From the NCBI GenBank assembly GCA_963714975.1, contig CAVQQD010000003.1, positions 128,001-192,000 of the forward strand: a DNA stretch of 64,000 nucleotides. Direction: 5' to 3'. The position numbers and the translations under genes are program-made. Of the stretch, positions 24,869 to 35,634 are shown one piece after another (positions within the stretch are counted from its first letter, which is position 1; the number at the start of each line of letters is the position of its first letter). This DNA is from an uncultured Gammaproteobacteria bacterium. GTDB lineage: Bacteria > Pseudomonadota > Gammaproteobacteria > JAURND01. The notes beneath the pieces are model-generated. The model was not told where the DNA came from. It saw only the letters and a program-made list of their open reading frames with translations, and ran no database searches.

Positions 24869-25458
24869 ATGGCAGGAGAAACTAAGGACCAATACCGTTA
24901 TCAGGATTAATCGGAGCATCGCTTGGCCTAGGGGGTACCGTGACAGGGGCTTATTACGCTACTCCTCTTTTTGTGGCAGCAGTGGCTACTAATTTCGTAG
25001 ACTCTCATCGGCATGATGCTGAGAAATGGAACCGAGCCAATCCAGATAATCGAATTGAGTTTAATGAGACTGTAGAAGAATATTTAAGCAATCCCGGTGT
25101 TTGGTTTTGCGTTATATTGACATTTGCCTTTATGGTTGGTCTGGGGACTGTATCGGGTGCAGGTGCCGGCGTAGGTGGTGAAGCATTATTTAAAGCGTAT
25201 CTCTCTACGACTACTAGTACTGCACAACCTCAACAGCCTCAACCTCCCCAAACATGGGTTCGGAACCTCCCCAATCACGGTTCAGGCTACTTCAAGCGTG
25301 TCCCCCCCCCAGCGCTGAATCTCAGAACATTATTAGATATGGGCCAGGGCAAGAGGGATCATAGGTTGCAAAAGGTTGGCAATGATGATAATTTTTTCGC
25401 CATATTTATTGATAATCCTAGATTCGGCAGTAGGTTTCTACTGCCGAATCTAGGATAA
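24869..25458 (+). CDS. Paralog 1 of tandem two-TM membrane protein family (apparent 1-nt deletion near 24901)
   Basis: ATG 24869 is out of frame with the 24940 ORF. The paralog reads TATACAGGA (26540) where this copy reads TATCAGGA. Confidence 0.55.
25417..25454. mobile_element. Family F mini-MITE (38 bp) with 5-bp ATAAT target duplication
   Basis: ATAAT-CCTAGATTCGGCAGTAG GTTT CTACTGCCGAATCTAGG-ATAAT; the paralogous segment at 26127-26131 shows the empty site. Confidence 0.9.
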
Positions 25459-25477
25459 TGTTTGCAGGGAAAATGTT

Positions 25478-25870
25478 ATGTCAGCATTACAATCAGAATC
25501 GAGTTTTTGGTCGTCTAGTTTAAAAGAAGCAAATAAAGTGCGAGGGAATATTCTAGGGACTATCGTTGGCCTGGGGATTAGTGTGCCCGCTGCTTATTTT
25601 GCTTTTCGGCCTTTTCTAAAAAGCTGGGCTGGTAGTGAGTTTGACGACGATAGGAAATGGATTGACCATTATAATTCAACTCATCCAGATGATCGTTTAG
25701 AGTATCCCTACACTATGGAAGAATACTTAAACGACCCCTTTCTCTGGGCACTCATTATAGCAGGCCTGGTAGTTGCGGCTTTGATGTTTACCTATGCATG
25801 TTCAATGAATGCTGATTGTATTAATCCTCAAGAAAGTATGTCTTCAAATACGTCAGGTAATACCATCTGA
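25478..25870 (+). CDS. Paralog 2 of tandem two-TM membrane protein family
   Basis: MSALQSESSFWS...AAYFAF.PFL...YN..HPDD..EY..T.EEYL.DP. Confidence 0.7.
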   Translation: MSALQSESSFWSSSLKEANKVRGNILGTIVGLGISVPAAYFAFRPFLKSWAGSEFDDDRKWIDHYNSTHPDDRLEYPYTMEEYLNDPFLWALIIAGLVVAALMFTYACSMNADCINPQESMSSNTSGNTI

Positions 25871-26149
25871 CTATTGAGTAGTAACGAAAATAACGTGAGT
25901 ATCCTCTTTTTAAATCTCCCTTAATCCTACTTTACTAATACTACACAACCTCAACAGCCTCCAGATACAGAGGTAAGAAACAATCTGCCGCCGCCCACTC
26001 TGCCGCAGTAGTGCGTCCTCCTTAAGGCTCTGAATCTCAGAACATTATTCAGTATGGGCCAGGGCAGGAGGGATCATAAGTTGCAAAGGGTTGGTAATTA
26101 TGATATTTTTTTTGCCATATTTATCGATAATGTTTGCAAGGAAAATGTC

Positions 26150-26881
26150 ATGTCAGCATCACAATCAGAATCGAGTTTTTGGTCCACAGTAAATAAGTCT
26201 CGAGGAACTACTCTAGGATTTGGTGTGGGCCTAGGAGGTGGCATAACGGCTGCTTATTATGCTTTCCCTCCTTTTTTAGAAAAATTGGCTGCTTCGTATT
26301 TAGACCGTTATAAGAGTAGTATTGATCGGTATAATCTAGCTCATCCCGACGATTTAGCAGAGTATGGAAAGACTATAGAAGATGTTTTGAAAGATCCTGG
26401 TATCCGGTTCTTCATTATAGTTATTCTTATCCTAATGATTTGTAGTGCTACTACAGTGTGTACTAAGGTAGGGGGTATTCTTAATCCCAAAGAATCCCCG
26501 CCACCTTCATCGAGGCCAGAACGGCAGGAAAGCTATTGCTATACAGGACTTGGGGCGCTACTAGGCTTGTTCGCTGGACTAGGTGGTGGTATGACAGCTG
26601 CTGTTTATGCTTTCCCTCCTTTCTTATTAAGACGGGCTTATCGTAGTCTGGAGACTCATAGGGACCTTGTGAGGAAATTTCCTGAGCATTATCTGGATGA
26701 TAAAACTATACAAGATTTTTTGCATTCATATGGTCTGCCTGTATTTGCCCTTGTACTACTGGTTATAGTAATTGCCGTGCTTTGTTCTTTGGGAGGTGCT
26801 GCTGTAGGTGCTGGTGTAGACTGTGTTGTAGATATTCAAGAAACTCAACCTCCCAGAGCTCATCGCAATCCTCATTATTAA
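26150..26881 (+). CDS. Paralog 3 (two fused domain copies) of tandem membrane protein family
   Basis: Start matches paralog 2 (MSASQSESSFWS); GLGGG.TAA.YAFPPFL occurs twice. Confidence 0.7.
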   Translation: MSASQSESSFWSTVNKSRGTTLGFGVGLGGGITAAYYAFPPFLEKLAASYLDRYKSSIDRYNLAHPDDLAEYGKTIEDVLKDPGIRFFIIVILILMICSATTVCTKVGGILNPKESPPPSSRPERQESYCYTGLGALLGLFAGLGGGMTAAVYAFPPFLLRRAYRSLETHRDLVRKFPEHYLDDKTIQDFLHSYGLPVFALVLLVIVIAVLCSLGGAAVGAGVDCVVDIQETQPPRAHRNPHY

Positions 26882-27092
26882 GTACCAGGATCTGCTAATC
26901 CTCCTGTTGCCACTATGCCTCAGAACTAGCCTGCATTAAATTCTTCTACTCGAACAACAACTTCCCCACCCATCAAAATCCCCACCTCCCGATGAGCCAT
27001 TTACTCATCAAGTTCCACCTACTTAAACACTTAACCTGGCTCCTTTTTCGAAACCCCGGCCGGCCTAAGATAAGAGCGCGTAAATGAGCTTA

Positions 27093-27186
27093 CCCCTCAT
27101 CCGCCACAGCCTGTCCTGAGCCTGTCGAAGGGGCACCTTCTCCCACCAGGGGAGAAGGATATATTACCCACTCAAAACTTAATAGA
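27093..27186. repeat. Composite repeat: family B with CCTGTCCTGAGCCTGTCGAAGG in its loop, followed by a TACCCACTCAAAACTT arm
   Basis: Alignment to 7783-7825 and 17391-17445. Confidence 0.75.
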
Positions 27187-27189
27187 GAT

Positions 27190-28607
27190 CTATAAACTAT
27201 AATACAATTCAAACTCCAAAGGATGTGGTGTACTTCTTAAATAATTCACTTCATCCATTTTTAATTGGATGTAGGACTGAATCAAATCCTCACTAAACAC
27301 CCCTCCAGCTAATAAAAATTCCGAGTCATTTTCTAAGGCTTGCAGCGCTTGTTCTAGAGAAGAACATATGGTGGGTATGTTGCTTGTTTCCTCTGCACTT
27401 AAGTGATACAAATCTTTTTCAATCGCTTCACCTGGATGAATGCGCTGCTTGATTCCATCAATTCCCGCCATCAGCATGGCCGCAAACGCTAAATACGGAT
27501 TCGCGGTGGGATCAGGGAAACGCACCTCAATCCGCTTGGCTGTAGGACTATGAACATAAGGAATGCGAATCGACGCAGAACGATTGCGGGCTGAATAGGC
27601 GAGCATGACCGGCGCTTCAAAGCCTGGCACTAAACGCTTATAACTATTAGTGCTGGGATTGGTGAATGCATTCAATGCTCGAGCATGTTTGATAATGCCG
27701 CCAATGTAAAATAAAGCGGTCTCGGATAAGCCAGCATAAGCATCCCCGGCAAATACATTCACTCCATCCTTCGCCAAAGACTGGTTACAGTGCATCCCGT
27801 TGCCATTGTCGCCGGCTAGAGGTTTGGGCATAAAGGTGGCAGTTTTGCCATAGGTATGGGCGACGTTATGTAGCACATATTTGTAAATTTGTATCCCGTC
27901 CGCCATATCTAATAAAGATCGGCAGCGGATATTGATTTCGATTTGGCCGCTGGTAGCTACTTCATGATGATGGGTTTCGACAATAGCCCCATCTCTTTCA
28001 GGGTCAATGACATAGCAGAGCGTAAATCTTGTAAAGAATCTACTGGGGGTACCGGAAAATAACCGCCTTTCACTGCAGGCCGATGGCCAATGTTGCCTCC
28101 GTCGTAGGGGGTGGCGCTGTTCCAAGCCGCCTCCGCGGAGTCTAGTTTAAAAAAGACTTCTGACATCGTGACTTTATATTTCACATCGTCGAAGATGAAA
28201 CATTCTGGTTCTGGCCCAATTAAGCAGGTATCGGCAATGCCGGTGCTGCGCAGATACTCTTCGGCTCGGCGCGCCACCCCGCGCGGGTCGCGGTTGTAGG
28301 TCTGTAAAGTACTGGGCTCGATGATATCGCACTTAATGAGGAGGGTAGGTTCATCGTAAAAAGGATCTATTAGTAAGGTATTGAGGTCAGGCTTGAGGAT
28401 CATATCCGATTCATTAATGCTTTTCCAACCCGCAATCGAGGAGCCGTCAAACATTTTCCCTGAACTGAGAAAATTTTCATCGAGGATATCACTAGGAACG
28501 GAAACGTGATGCTCTCTACCGCGAGTATCACTGAAGCGCCAATCAGTAAATTTGATGTTATGTTCTTTAATGAAGCCAAGAGTTTTGTCGATTAGAGCGT
28601 TGGACAT
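27190..28607 (-). CDS. glnA: Glutamine synthetase type I (one apparent frameshift near 27985)
   Basis: [45 protein letters not shown]. Two ORFs join at [12 protein letters not shown] with one base missing. Confidence 0.95.
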
Positions 28608-28720
28608 AGGGGGAAATCCTCTGTAATTAAGAAACAGTAATTTTGTAGGAAAAATTTGCTTGGCGCAATGATTTTTATGTCATTATAGATCATTTAGCCT
28701 TTCTCGGCTAAGATAGGGCG

Positions 28721-29800
28721 GTGATTATATTTCGCTACCTGATTAAAGAAGTGTATGGGGCTCTACTTGCTAGCACTCTGGTACTGCTGATACTGCTGAT
28801 TAGCAATCAACTAGTGCATTATCTCACCAAAGCTGCTGCGGGCGCGGTACCATTACGTACCGTCATGCAAATCATGTCATTACAAATCCCCTTGTTATTA
28901 GGATTGCTGCTCCCTTTAGGGCTTTATTTGGGCATTTTACTGGCCTATGGTAGGCTTTATACCGATCGCGAGATGACCATTTTAGCTGCTTGTGGCTTTA
29001 GTCAGGCTCAATTAATCTGCATGACCCTGGCTTTTTCTGCAGTAATCTGTGCTGTCGTCGCGGTATTGATGCTGTGGATTCAACCCGTCGTCGAAAGCTA
29101 TAAGCGTCAAGTGTATATTGAAGCGGCGGCCTCTTCTCCCTTGGAGCGAATTTCTCCTGGGCAATTTACCCCAGTGCAGGATTTAGTATTCTATGCCCAA
29201 AATCTTTCGCGCAATCATCAACAACTCCAGCATATTTTTGCGGCCCAACCTGCCAAAAAACCCGATTCCTCAGGCTTGTTCCCCTGGACGATTGTGATTG
29301 CCGATACTGGCCAGCAAAAAATTGATCCCAAAACCGGAGACAAATTTTTAGTATTAAATAATGGCTCCCGCTATAGTGGGGTACCAGGCCAGGGCGATTT
29401 TCAAGTGGCTCATTATGCCGATTACGGGGTTCGGATTGAGCAAAATGCCATCCCTGCGGATACTCGGGTAGAAACCATCCCGACTCTGAAACTTTGGCAA
29501 CAACGTCACGCTAGCCCGGCCCATGCCGCAGAGCTGCAATGGCGCTTTGCCTTGCCCATTTCGGTGTTACTATTAGCGGGATTGGCAATTTCGTTGAGCA
29601 AAGTCAATCCGCGCCAAGGGCGCTTTGCGCAATTATTTCCGGCCTTTTTGTTGTATATCGGTTATGCTGACCTGATCTTTGTCGGTCGCGCCTGGCTGCA
29701 AAAAGGCAAAATTTCGCCTGAATTGGGTCTGTGGTGGGTGCATGGAAGTATGTTGGTGATTGTGATCTTATTATTGATTCGGTTTGTTAAACGCGCATGA
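28721..29800 (+). CDS. lptF: LPS export ABC transporter permease LptF
   Basis: MIIFRYL, GRLYTDREM..L.ACG, AELQWR, VNPRQGR. Confidence 0.95.
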   Translation: MIIFRYLIKEVYGALLASTLVLLILLISNQLVHYLTKAAAGAVPLRTVMQIMSLQIPLLLGLLLPLGLYLGILLAYGRLYTDREMTILAACGFSQAQLICMTLAFSAVICAVVAVLMLWIQPVVESYKRQVYIEAAASSPLERISPGQFTPVQDLVFYAQNLSRNHQQLQHIFAAQPAKKPDSSGLFPWTIVIADTGQQKIDPKTGDKFLVLNNGSRYSGVPGQGDFQVAHYADYGVRIEQNAIPADTRVETIPTLKLWQQRHASPAHAAELQWRFALPISVLLLAGLAISLSKVNPRQGRFAQLFPAFLLYIGYADLIFVGRAWLQKGKISPELGLWWVHGSMLVIVILLLIRFVKRA

Positions 29801-30855
29801 GAATTTTACACCGCTACATCGGCAATACCATTATTACGATGACCGCCTTAGTCATATTAATTTTTTTCGGCATTCAAACTTTCATCGGCTTTATAAATGA
29901 AATCCGCGATATTGGTCATAGCAACTATGGGGCCTTGGCCGCTTTTAATTATATAAGCTTATCCCTCCCGCTGATCGTCTACCCTCTAGTTCCTGCCGCG
30001 GCGCTCATTGGCTGTTTAATTGGTTTAGGTCGACTTGCTGCCCAGAGTGAACTGCTTGTCATACGAGCGGCTGGGGTATCAAAATTACAAATTACCCTGT
30101 CGGTAATCCTCAGCACCTTGTTGATGCTTATCTTTATTACTGCCGTAGGGGAATGGCTAGCGCCCAATTTAAAAAGTTTCGCGGACAATTATAAACACCA
30201 GGCCCAAACTGGCGTTGCAGCGAGCGGTAAATCTGGGGTGTGGTTACGTGATGGCAATAATTTCCTGCATTTTGATTTGCTGTTGCCCTCGGGTCAGGTA
30301 CAAGGAGTTATTCGCTATGAATTCGCTGGTCCTAATTTGCTCAGGGCCAGTCGAGCCAGCAGTGGGGAGCGTCGCAATGGTCAGTGGCTTTTCAAAGATG
30401 TGCATATTAGTCACTTTGCGCCCAATGCAGTCAAAACTCAGCATTTGCCTGAGCAAATCTGGCCGGTTTCTTTTGATCCGCAATTAGTGAGCCTAGCAGA
30501 TTTACAGGTGAATCAAACCCCAATCTGGGATTTATATCGTTACATTCACTACTTAAAGCATAGCGGCTTATCGGCTACCCGCTACGAGTTTGCCTTTTGG
30601 AAACGCGTATTCCAACCCTTGGCTACTTTGGTGATGATTGGACTTGCCGTGCCCTTTATCTTTGGGCCCTTACGTACTGTCACCATGGGGTTGCGAATCC
30701 TGATTGGGGTGATGATTGGTTTTGGTTTTTATACCCTGAATGAATTTTTAGGGCCATTTAGCTTAGTTTACCAAGTGCCGCCCTTTTGGGCCGCCGCTCT
30801 CCCTGTGATACTGTTTGCCTGCATCGACGCTATTTTGCTGTGGTGGGTAAAATAG
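29797..30855 (+). CDS. lptG: LPS export ABC transporter permease LptG
   Basis: MRILHRYIG, LAAQSELLVIRAAG, FIFGPLRTVTMG; 4-bp overlap with lptF. Confidence 0.95.
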   Translation: MRILHRYIGNTIITMTALVILIFFGIQTFIGFINEIRDIGHSNYGALAAFNYISLSLPLIVYPLVPAAALIGCLIGLGRLAAQSELLVIRAAGVSKLQITLSVILSTLLMLIFITAVGEWLAPNLKSFADNYKHQAQTGVAASGKSGVWLRDGNNFLHFDLLLPSGQVQGVIRYEFAGPNLLRASRASSGERRNGQWLFKDVHISHFAPNAVKTQHLPEQIWPVSFDPQLVSLADLQVNQTPIWDLYRYIHYLKHSGLSATRYEFAFWKRVFQPLATLVMIGLAVPFIFGPLRTVTMGLRILIGVMIGFGFYTLNEFLGPFSLVYQVPPFWAAALPVILFACIDAILLWWVK

Positions 30856-30877
30856 CTTTACCGTATACTCCCGCAAT
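30826..30877 (+). repeat. 52-bp direct repeat, copy 1 (lptG 3' end and downstream spacer)
   Basis: Matches 31941-31992 with one mismatch. Confidence 0.95.
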
Positions 30878-30909
30878 ATTCCAATTTATTTCAACAGAAG
30901 GAGTTATAT

Positions 30910-31938
30910 ATGGGAAATCAACAAAAAGAAGATAAGAGCGGTTCTTCTTCGCAGAGTAGTAGCAGCCAGATAAATTCATCATCCTATGGGTCGGGTCAGG
31001 AATTAGACGATGAGGAGATAATTGCACGTATGCATGCATTATGGCCGGCTCCGGAATCAGGCGACGTAGAACCTCAGGAATGTGATCCAGCGCTCATCGC
31101 ATTAGAAGAGACGAAGCTGAGACAATCATCTCGTGAATTGAAAACCTTAGCTGCACAAGGAGATAAGCAAGCACAATTAAAGTATGCGTTGCATTGCTTA
31201 GGCTGTTCTGGAAGAAAAGCAAAAGAGGGAATAAAGAGATTAAATCAGATGTTAAATAACGAAAGAGACCCGCAGGTCTTGGCAACACTGGCTTGGAGTT
31301 ATGAATATGGAATGGGCGTGAAGGAGGATCTTAAGGAAGCGTGTAGGTTGTATAAGGAAGCGGCTGGGAAGGGACATAGCGAGGCTCAAGAACGGATGGG
31401 GTTTTTCTGCGAAAAAGGACTAGGAGGAGTCCGGAAAGACATTAATGAAGCATTACAATGGTATAATTTAGCGGCTGCGCAGGGAGAGCCAGGGGCCATA
31501 TTTGCTAAAGAGAGGTTATTACCTAGACCTCCCAGGGAATCTATGAGAGAACTACAGCAAATAATGCCAGAGAAAGTTCATGCTTTTTTTGGTGAAACCA
31601 TAGAATCGGAAGATGATAATGACGCTCCTAATGCACAATCACCGGCTACTAGCCCTAATAGTTACAGTATGATTGGAAAAAGAATATCTTTAGAGAAAAA
31701 ACACCAAAGAATTGTATTAGAAAATTTGTCTGACGACGATGCATCAGAATTCCCTGTGCTGACACCTAAACCAGTGAAAGACTTAGGTAACAAGAGTAAA
31801 TCAGGCATACCTATCATCACCCAATCACAATACACAAAGTTTACTGGATTAAACTATGTTGTTTCGAGCAATTTTGGAATCGTTGTCCCAGATGCATCAG
31901 AGTCTAATAATGAAGAAACTTACTCTCTAAAGAAATAG
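30910..31938 (+). CDS. Sel1-repeat protein, candidate Dot/Icm effector
   Basis: LAWSYEYGMGVKEDLKEACRLYKEAAGKGHSEAQ and MGFFCEKGLGGVRKDINEALQWYNLAAAQG; low-complexity termini with acidic residues near the C-terminus. Confidence 0.85.
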   Translation: MGNQQKEDKSGSSSQSSSSQINSSSYGSGQELDDEEIIARMHALWPAPESGDVEPQECDPALIALEETKLRQSSRELKTLAAQGDKQAQLKYALHCLGCSGRKAKEGIKRLNQMLNNERDPQVLATLAWSYEYGMGVKEDLKEACRLYKEAAGKGHSEAQERMGFFCEKGLGGVRKDINEALQWYNLAAAQGEPGAIFAKERLLPRPPRESMRELQQIMPEKVHAFFGETIESEDDNDAPNAQSPATSPNSYSMIGKRISLEKKHQRIVLENLSDDDASEFPVLTPKPVKDLGNKSKSGIPIITQSQYTKFTGLNYVVSSNFGIVVPDASESNNEETYSLKK

Positions 31939-31940
31939 TT

Positions 31941-31992
31941 GACGCTATTTTGCTGTGGCGGGTAAAATAGCTTTACCGTATACTCCCGCAAT
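31941..31992 (+). repeat. 52-bp direct repeat, copy 2, overlapping a candidate valS promoter (TTGACG-N18-TAAAAT, 31939-31968)
   Basis: Direct alignment; ends in the AT of the valS ATG. Confidence 0.9.
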
Positions 31993-34750
31993 GGAAAAAA
32001 CCTATAATCCCCAACATATTGAAGCCCATTGGTATGCGCAGTGGGAAAGCTCCGGTTATTTTGTGCCGCAAGGTTCAGGGCGGCCATATTGCATCATGCT
32101 GCCACCACCGAATGTCACCGGGACTTTACATATGGGTCATGGCTTTCAAGTCAGCTTAATGGATGCGCTAATTCGTTACCATCGCATGTGTGGTGACAAC
32201 ACCTTTTGGCAAGCCGGTACTGATCATGCGGGTATCGCTACCCAAATGGTAGTGGAGCGGGAATTAACTAGGCGGGGCACGAACCGGCTCGCATTAGGCC
32301 GCGATGCGTTTGTCGAAGCAGTTTGGCAATGGAAAGACCAGTCCGATAGCACCATTAAAACCCAACTACGGCGGATGGGCGCTTCGCTGGATTGGAGTCG
32401 TGAGCGATTTAGTTTAGACCACGGGATCAGTCGGGCGGTGCAAAAGGTTTTTTTAGACCTGTACCAACAAGGTTTGATCTATCGAGGCAAGCGCCTAGTC
32501 AATTGGGATCCAGCATTATTGACCGCTATTTCCGATCTCGAAGTGATTTCACAAGAAGAATCAGGATTTCTTTGGTATATGCGTTATCCGCTAAGTCAGA
32601 GTACTGAATTTATCATTGTCGCAACCACTCGTCCCGAAACCCTGCTGGGAGATACAGCAGTAGCGGTGCATCCTGAAGATGAGCGCTTATCAACATCTCA
32701 TCGGCAAGTTTATTCAACACCCGCTTACCGGCCGGCAAATCCCTATTATTGCCGATGATTATGTCGATCCTAGTTTTGGTACCGGCTGCGTCAAAATCAC
32801 GCCTGCTCATGATTTTAATGATTATGCCATCGGCCAACGCCACGGTTTGGAACTCATTAATATTTTTACTCCTGATGCGCATCTGAATGAACATGTCCCC
32901 AAAGCCTATCAGGGTCTAGATCGTGATACAGCCCGAGAGCGCGTGATTGAGGATCTCAAAGCACAAGGCTTGCTCGAAAAAGTGATGCCTCACAGTTTGC
33001 AAAGTCCACGCGGTGATCGCTCTGGCGTGGTGATTGAGCCGTACTTAACCAATCAGTGGTATATCAAAGCCAAACCGCTGGCAGAAGCAGCTATCGCCGC
33101 CGTGCAACGAGGTGAAATTCAATTTGTGCCTGAAAATTGGCGTAAAACCTATTTTCAGTGGCTCGAAAATATTGAAGATTGGTGTATTAGTCGCCAATTA
33201 TGGTGGGGCCATCGCATTCCCGCCTGGTACGACGAACAAGGCAATCCTTATGTCGGTGACAGTGAACCCAGTATTCGGCAACACTATTCATTTAGGTGCC
33301 GAAGTACACTCTGATTCAAGATCACGATGTCTTGGATACCTGGTTTTCAGCCAGTTTATGGCCTTTTGCTACTTTAGGTTGGCCAGAACAAACTGCGGAA
33401 TTGCCAACTTTTTATCCGACCCAAGTGTTAGTCACGGGGTTCGATATTTTATTTTTCTGGGTAGCGCGGATGGTGATGATGGGCCTTAAATTTACTGGCC
33501 AAGTGCCCTTTCAAACGGTCTATGTCACCGGTTTAATTCGCGACAGTGAAGGCCAAAAAATGTCGAAATCCAAGGGCAATATTTTGGATCCTATCGATCT
33601 TATTGATGGCATTGACCTAGATTCTCTCGTGACCAAACGCACTTCTGGGTTGATGCAACCTGAGCAAGCACAAAAAATTGAAAAATTAACCCGACGGGAA
33701 TTTCCCCACGGCATTCCTGCTTTTGGTACCGATGCGCTGCGTTTTACTTATTGTGCACTGGCCAACACCGGTCGCGATATTCGTTTTGATTTAGGTCGCA
33801 TCGAAGGCTATCGAAATTTTTGTAATAAATTATGGAATGCTGCTCGTTATGTGTTGATGAACACAGAACAACAGGCACAGGATGGGTTGAATGGCGACCG
33901 GGAATTTACTTTAGCCGATCGTTGGATTCAAACCCGGTTACAAACTACCATTCAGCAAGCACGGCATTATTTTCAAGAATTTCGCATGGATTTATTAGCA
34001 CAAACTTTATATGAATTTACTTGGAATGAATATTGTGATTGGTATCTTGAATTTTCAAAACCGGTATTAGTGGGCGCCAGTTCTCCTGCAATACAACGCG
34101 GCACTCGTTACACCTTAGTCCACGTATTGGAAACTTTATTGCGCTTATTACATCCCTTAATGCCGTTTATTACCGAAGAAATCTGGCAGCGCGTAGCGCC
34201 ACTGCTGAACAACAATGCCCCGACTATTATGTTGCAACCTTATCCTGAAGTTGCTACGGATAAAATAGATCAAGCTGCCGAAGAAGAAATCACCTGGATT
34301 AAAAAAATCGTGTTTAGTTTGCGGCAAATTCGCGGTGAAATGAATATTGCACCAAGTAAAGCATTAGATTTACTGTTACGCCATGACCAGCCCAGCGATC
34401 GCGAACGCTTTCAAAGCAATGAAGCTTGGTTAAAAACTTTAGCAAAATTAGCGAGTATTACTTGGTTAGCCGATGATGCGCCTGTGCCGCCTGCCGCTGC
34501 GGCGTTAGTAGAGCATTTAGAATTATTTATTCCTCTAGCAGGGAGCATTGACAAAGAGGCGGAAGTTACGCGTTGGCAAAAAGAAGCCACAAAATTCACA
34601 ACCGAATTAACTCGAATCCAAGATCGACTTAACAACCCCCGGTATTTAGAAAAAGCTCCCGGCGCAGTAGTGCAAAAAGAACGTTTGCGCGCCCAGGAAC
34701 TAGAAACAGCTTTGCTCAAATTAAAGCAGCAGCTTGAAAAATTGGCTTGA
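31991..34750 (+). CDS. valS: Valine--tRNA ligase (two apparent frameshifts near 32686 and 33300)
   Basis: [30 protein letters not shown] and a C-terminal coiled coil, spread over three overlapping ORFs. Confidence 0.96.
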
Positions 34751-34773
34751 TAGCTATACACCCTAATTAGGCA

Positions 34774-34983
34774 GCTAGCCGATGCACATAATTCGGTTAG
34801 CAATTCCCGCTGAAACCCTGTTCCCCCGGGGGGGGGCGGGTCCTGCCGCTGCGGCACCCCACCAAAATCCCCCTATCCCCTTTTACAAAGGTGGGCACTT
34901 TCTTCCCCTCCCTTTGTAAAAGGGGATAGGGGGATTTCTGTTGGGGTCCCCGCCCGCCGGTCAAATGACGGAGCAGCGAGAAT
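34774..34983. mobile_element. Composite repeat: family D end plus family H hairpin (AAATCCCCCTATCCCCTTTT...AAAAGGGGATAGGGGGATTT)
   Basis: Aligns to 48448-48476, 49573-49591, 49849-49877 and 50795-50900. Confidence 0.75.
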
Positions 34984-35042
34984 CACTGCTTTTTGTGTTG
35001 ATCCAATACCCTCATTTATGCTGCCAATGCTGATGAACGTCA

Positions 35043-35372
35043 TCATTTCCTGATACTATCCAAGGATTCTTTTAAGTGATGTTGAAACATCAGATTAATA
35101 AATTCTTCATCTTTAGAGTAATCCAAATCCTCATTCTCAATAGAGTAAAGATTCTGAAAAATTTTTTGATTATCAAACATAGAGCCAATCCAAGCACAAA
35201 CCAACACGCAAGGCGCGCATATCAACATAACACAAAAAATATTAACCTCTAGGTTGGGAATATTTATCCCATATTTAACTGCAATACCACTTCCCGCAGT
35301 ACCAATTGATCCCCCGATTAAGACTTCCTTATTATTTTTTAAATGATGATTGAAAAAATTTGAACCTGACAT
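35043..35372 (-). CDS. Hypothetical two-TM protein (copy 1)
   Basis: Near-identical to 40981-41310. Confidence 0.7.
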   Translation of the reverse strand: MSGSNFFNHHLKNNKEVLIGGSIGTAGSGIAVKYGINIPNLEVNIFCVMLICAPCVLVCAWIGSMFDNQKIFQNLYSIENEDLDYSKDEEFINLMFQHHLKESLDSIRK

Positions 35373-35387
35373 CTGAATGTTCTCTTA

Positions 35388-35627
35388 TTAAAATTGTGAC
35401 TTGGTCATCGTTTTTGGAAGATCATTGTTTCGATATTCCAATATATCTCCTGGCTGACATTCTAAATAAGCACAAATTGCATCTAAAGTGCTCAACCGGA
35501 TGGCTTTAGCCTTTCCAGTTTTTAAAATAGATAAATTTTGCTCCGTGATGCCAATTGATTCCGCTAATTCTTTGGAACGAATTTTACGTTTAGCCATCAT
35601 TACATCGATGTTAATGATAATTGTCAT
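35388..35627 (-). CDS. XRE/Cro-type HTH regulator (YozG-like), copy 1
   Basis: ELAESIGITEQNLSILKTGKAKAIRLSTLDAIC..LECQPGDIL. Confidence 0.92.
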   Translation of the reverse strand: MTIIINIDVMMAKRKIRSKELAESIGITEQNLSILKTGKAKAIRLSTLDAICAYLECQPGDILEYRNNDLPKTMTKSQF

Positions 35628-35634
35628 AGTTGTC

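Noticed and set aside
27957-28125. glnA split into two ORFs
   Set aside because: One missing base at GGGCT^ATTGTC restores a canonical GlnA; probable sequencing error.
32679-33314. valS split into three ORFs, read as programmed frameshifting or pseudogenisation
   Set aside because: Essential gene with otherwise intact motifs and no slippery sites seen; single-base indel errors in the assembly are far more likely.
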